From positions 128,001 to 192,000 of the forward strand of contig JALVSY010000030.1 in assembly GCA_027036135.1 (NCBI GenBank): a stretch of 64,000 nt of DNA, read 5' to 3'. Made by a program: the position numbers and the translations under genes. Origin of the DNA: Pyrodictiaceae archaeon. Its GTDB lineage: Archaea; Thermoproteota; Thermoprotei_A; Sulfolobales; Pyrodictiaceae. Position 1 is the first letter of the stretch. Every line of letters begins with the position of its first letter. Positions 63,467 through 64,000 of this stretch are shown here, one piece after another. The notes below the pieces were generated by a model. That model was not told the DNA's origin and ran no database searches. It was given only the letters and a program-made list of their open reading frames with translations.

Positions 63467-64000
63467 ATGGTGCTAGCTGTGCCCAAGATAGCTGTATTAC
63501 ATTACTCGCCAAAACCATCCTGGAGTTCAAGGAGGTTGTTAAAAGCTTTATCAGATAAGGGTGCAACATCAATATACATGTTATGGTCATATCTATCGTC
63601 AGAGGTAGGGCAGAGGTGCCCTGTAAAGTATCAAAACAAGTGCCTAGACGTTGACGCAATCATCGTGAGAGGCTTTGGGCAGGGGCTAACTATAGAACAA
63701 TATCAATTTAGGATAGCTGTGCTACGAGCTGCAGAGGACTCAGGAGTGCTCATAGTGAATCCTGTCGAGGGTATCATAAATGCGAGAGATAAGTTCACAA
63801 GCCTAAGGATCCTATCCTCTAAGGGTCTACCAGTACCTAGGACCATTGTTACGGAAAACCCGACTATCGCGTTACACTTTGTCGAGCAAGTAGGAGATAC
63901 AGTGATTAAACCAATAATAGGCAGTCTCGGCTTGGGCTCGTTCCGGGTAAGCGATATCGATACAGCCTATCATGTTATTAATGTCCTTCTAAGAGCTAAT
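63467..64000 (+). CDS. RimK/LysX family ATP-grasp ligase (partial)
   Basis: Manual translation: VNPVEGIINARDKFTSLRILSSKGLPVPRT...VIKPIIGSLGLG. Confidence 0.85.
   Translation, partial: MVLAVPKIAVLHYSPKPSWSSRRLLKALSDKGATSIYMLWSYLSSEVGQRCPVKYQNKCLDVDAIIVRGFGQGLTIEQYQFRIAVLRAAEDSGVLIVNPVEGIINARDKFTSLRILSSKGLPVPRTIVTENPTIALHFVEQVGDTVIKPIIGSLGLGSFRVSDIDTAYHVINVLLRAN

Overview
Gene-dense core-genome window from a hyperthermophilic crenarchaeon. A Desulfurococcales/Pyrodictiaceae-like origin is inferred from class I LysRS, the crenarchaeal TFB ribbon, frequent TTG/GTG starts, fibrillarin-Nop5 and DIP synthesis genes. It holds about 60 mostly housekeeping CDSs (translation, RNA modification, polyamines, an Ahb heme operon, an ABC exporter with a 1296-aa surface protein) and one tRNA-Val(GAC). 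No CRISPR array, prophage or intact IS was seen. The main unannotated signal is a layer of at least seven box C/D guide sRNAs in intergenic gaps or overlapping gene ends. Two have guides complementary to the tRNA-Val encoded here, and one of these appears aimed at wobble U34 of the Val(UAC) isoacceptor. Several others match crenarchaeal 16S rRNA segments recalled from memory. Other observations: two further structured non-coding elements (an IS200/IS605-end-like hairpin element and a K-turn element upstream of the DIP genes), single-base frameshifts in rpl13e and pckG, apparent ATT/ATA starts, and an in-frame island of about 12% GC inside a methyltransferase gene.
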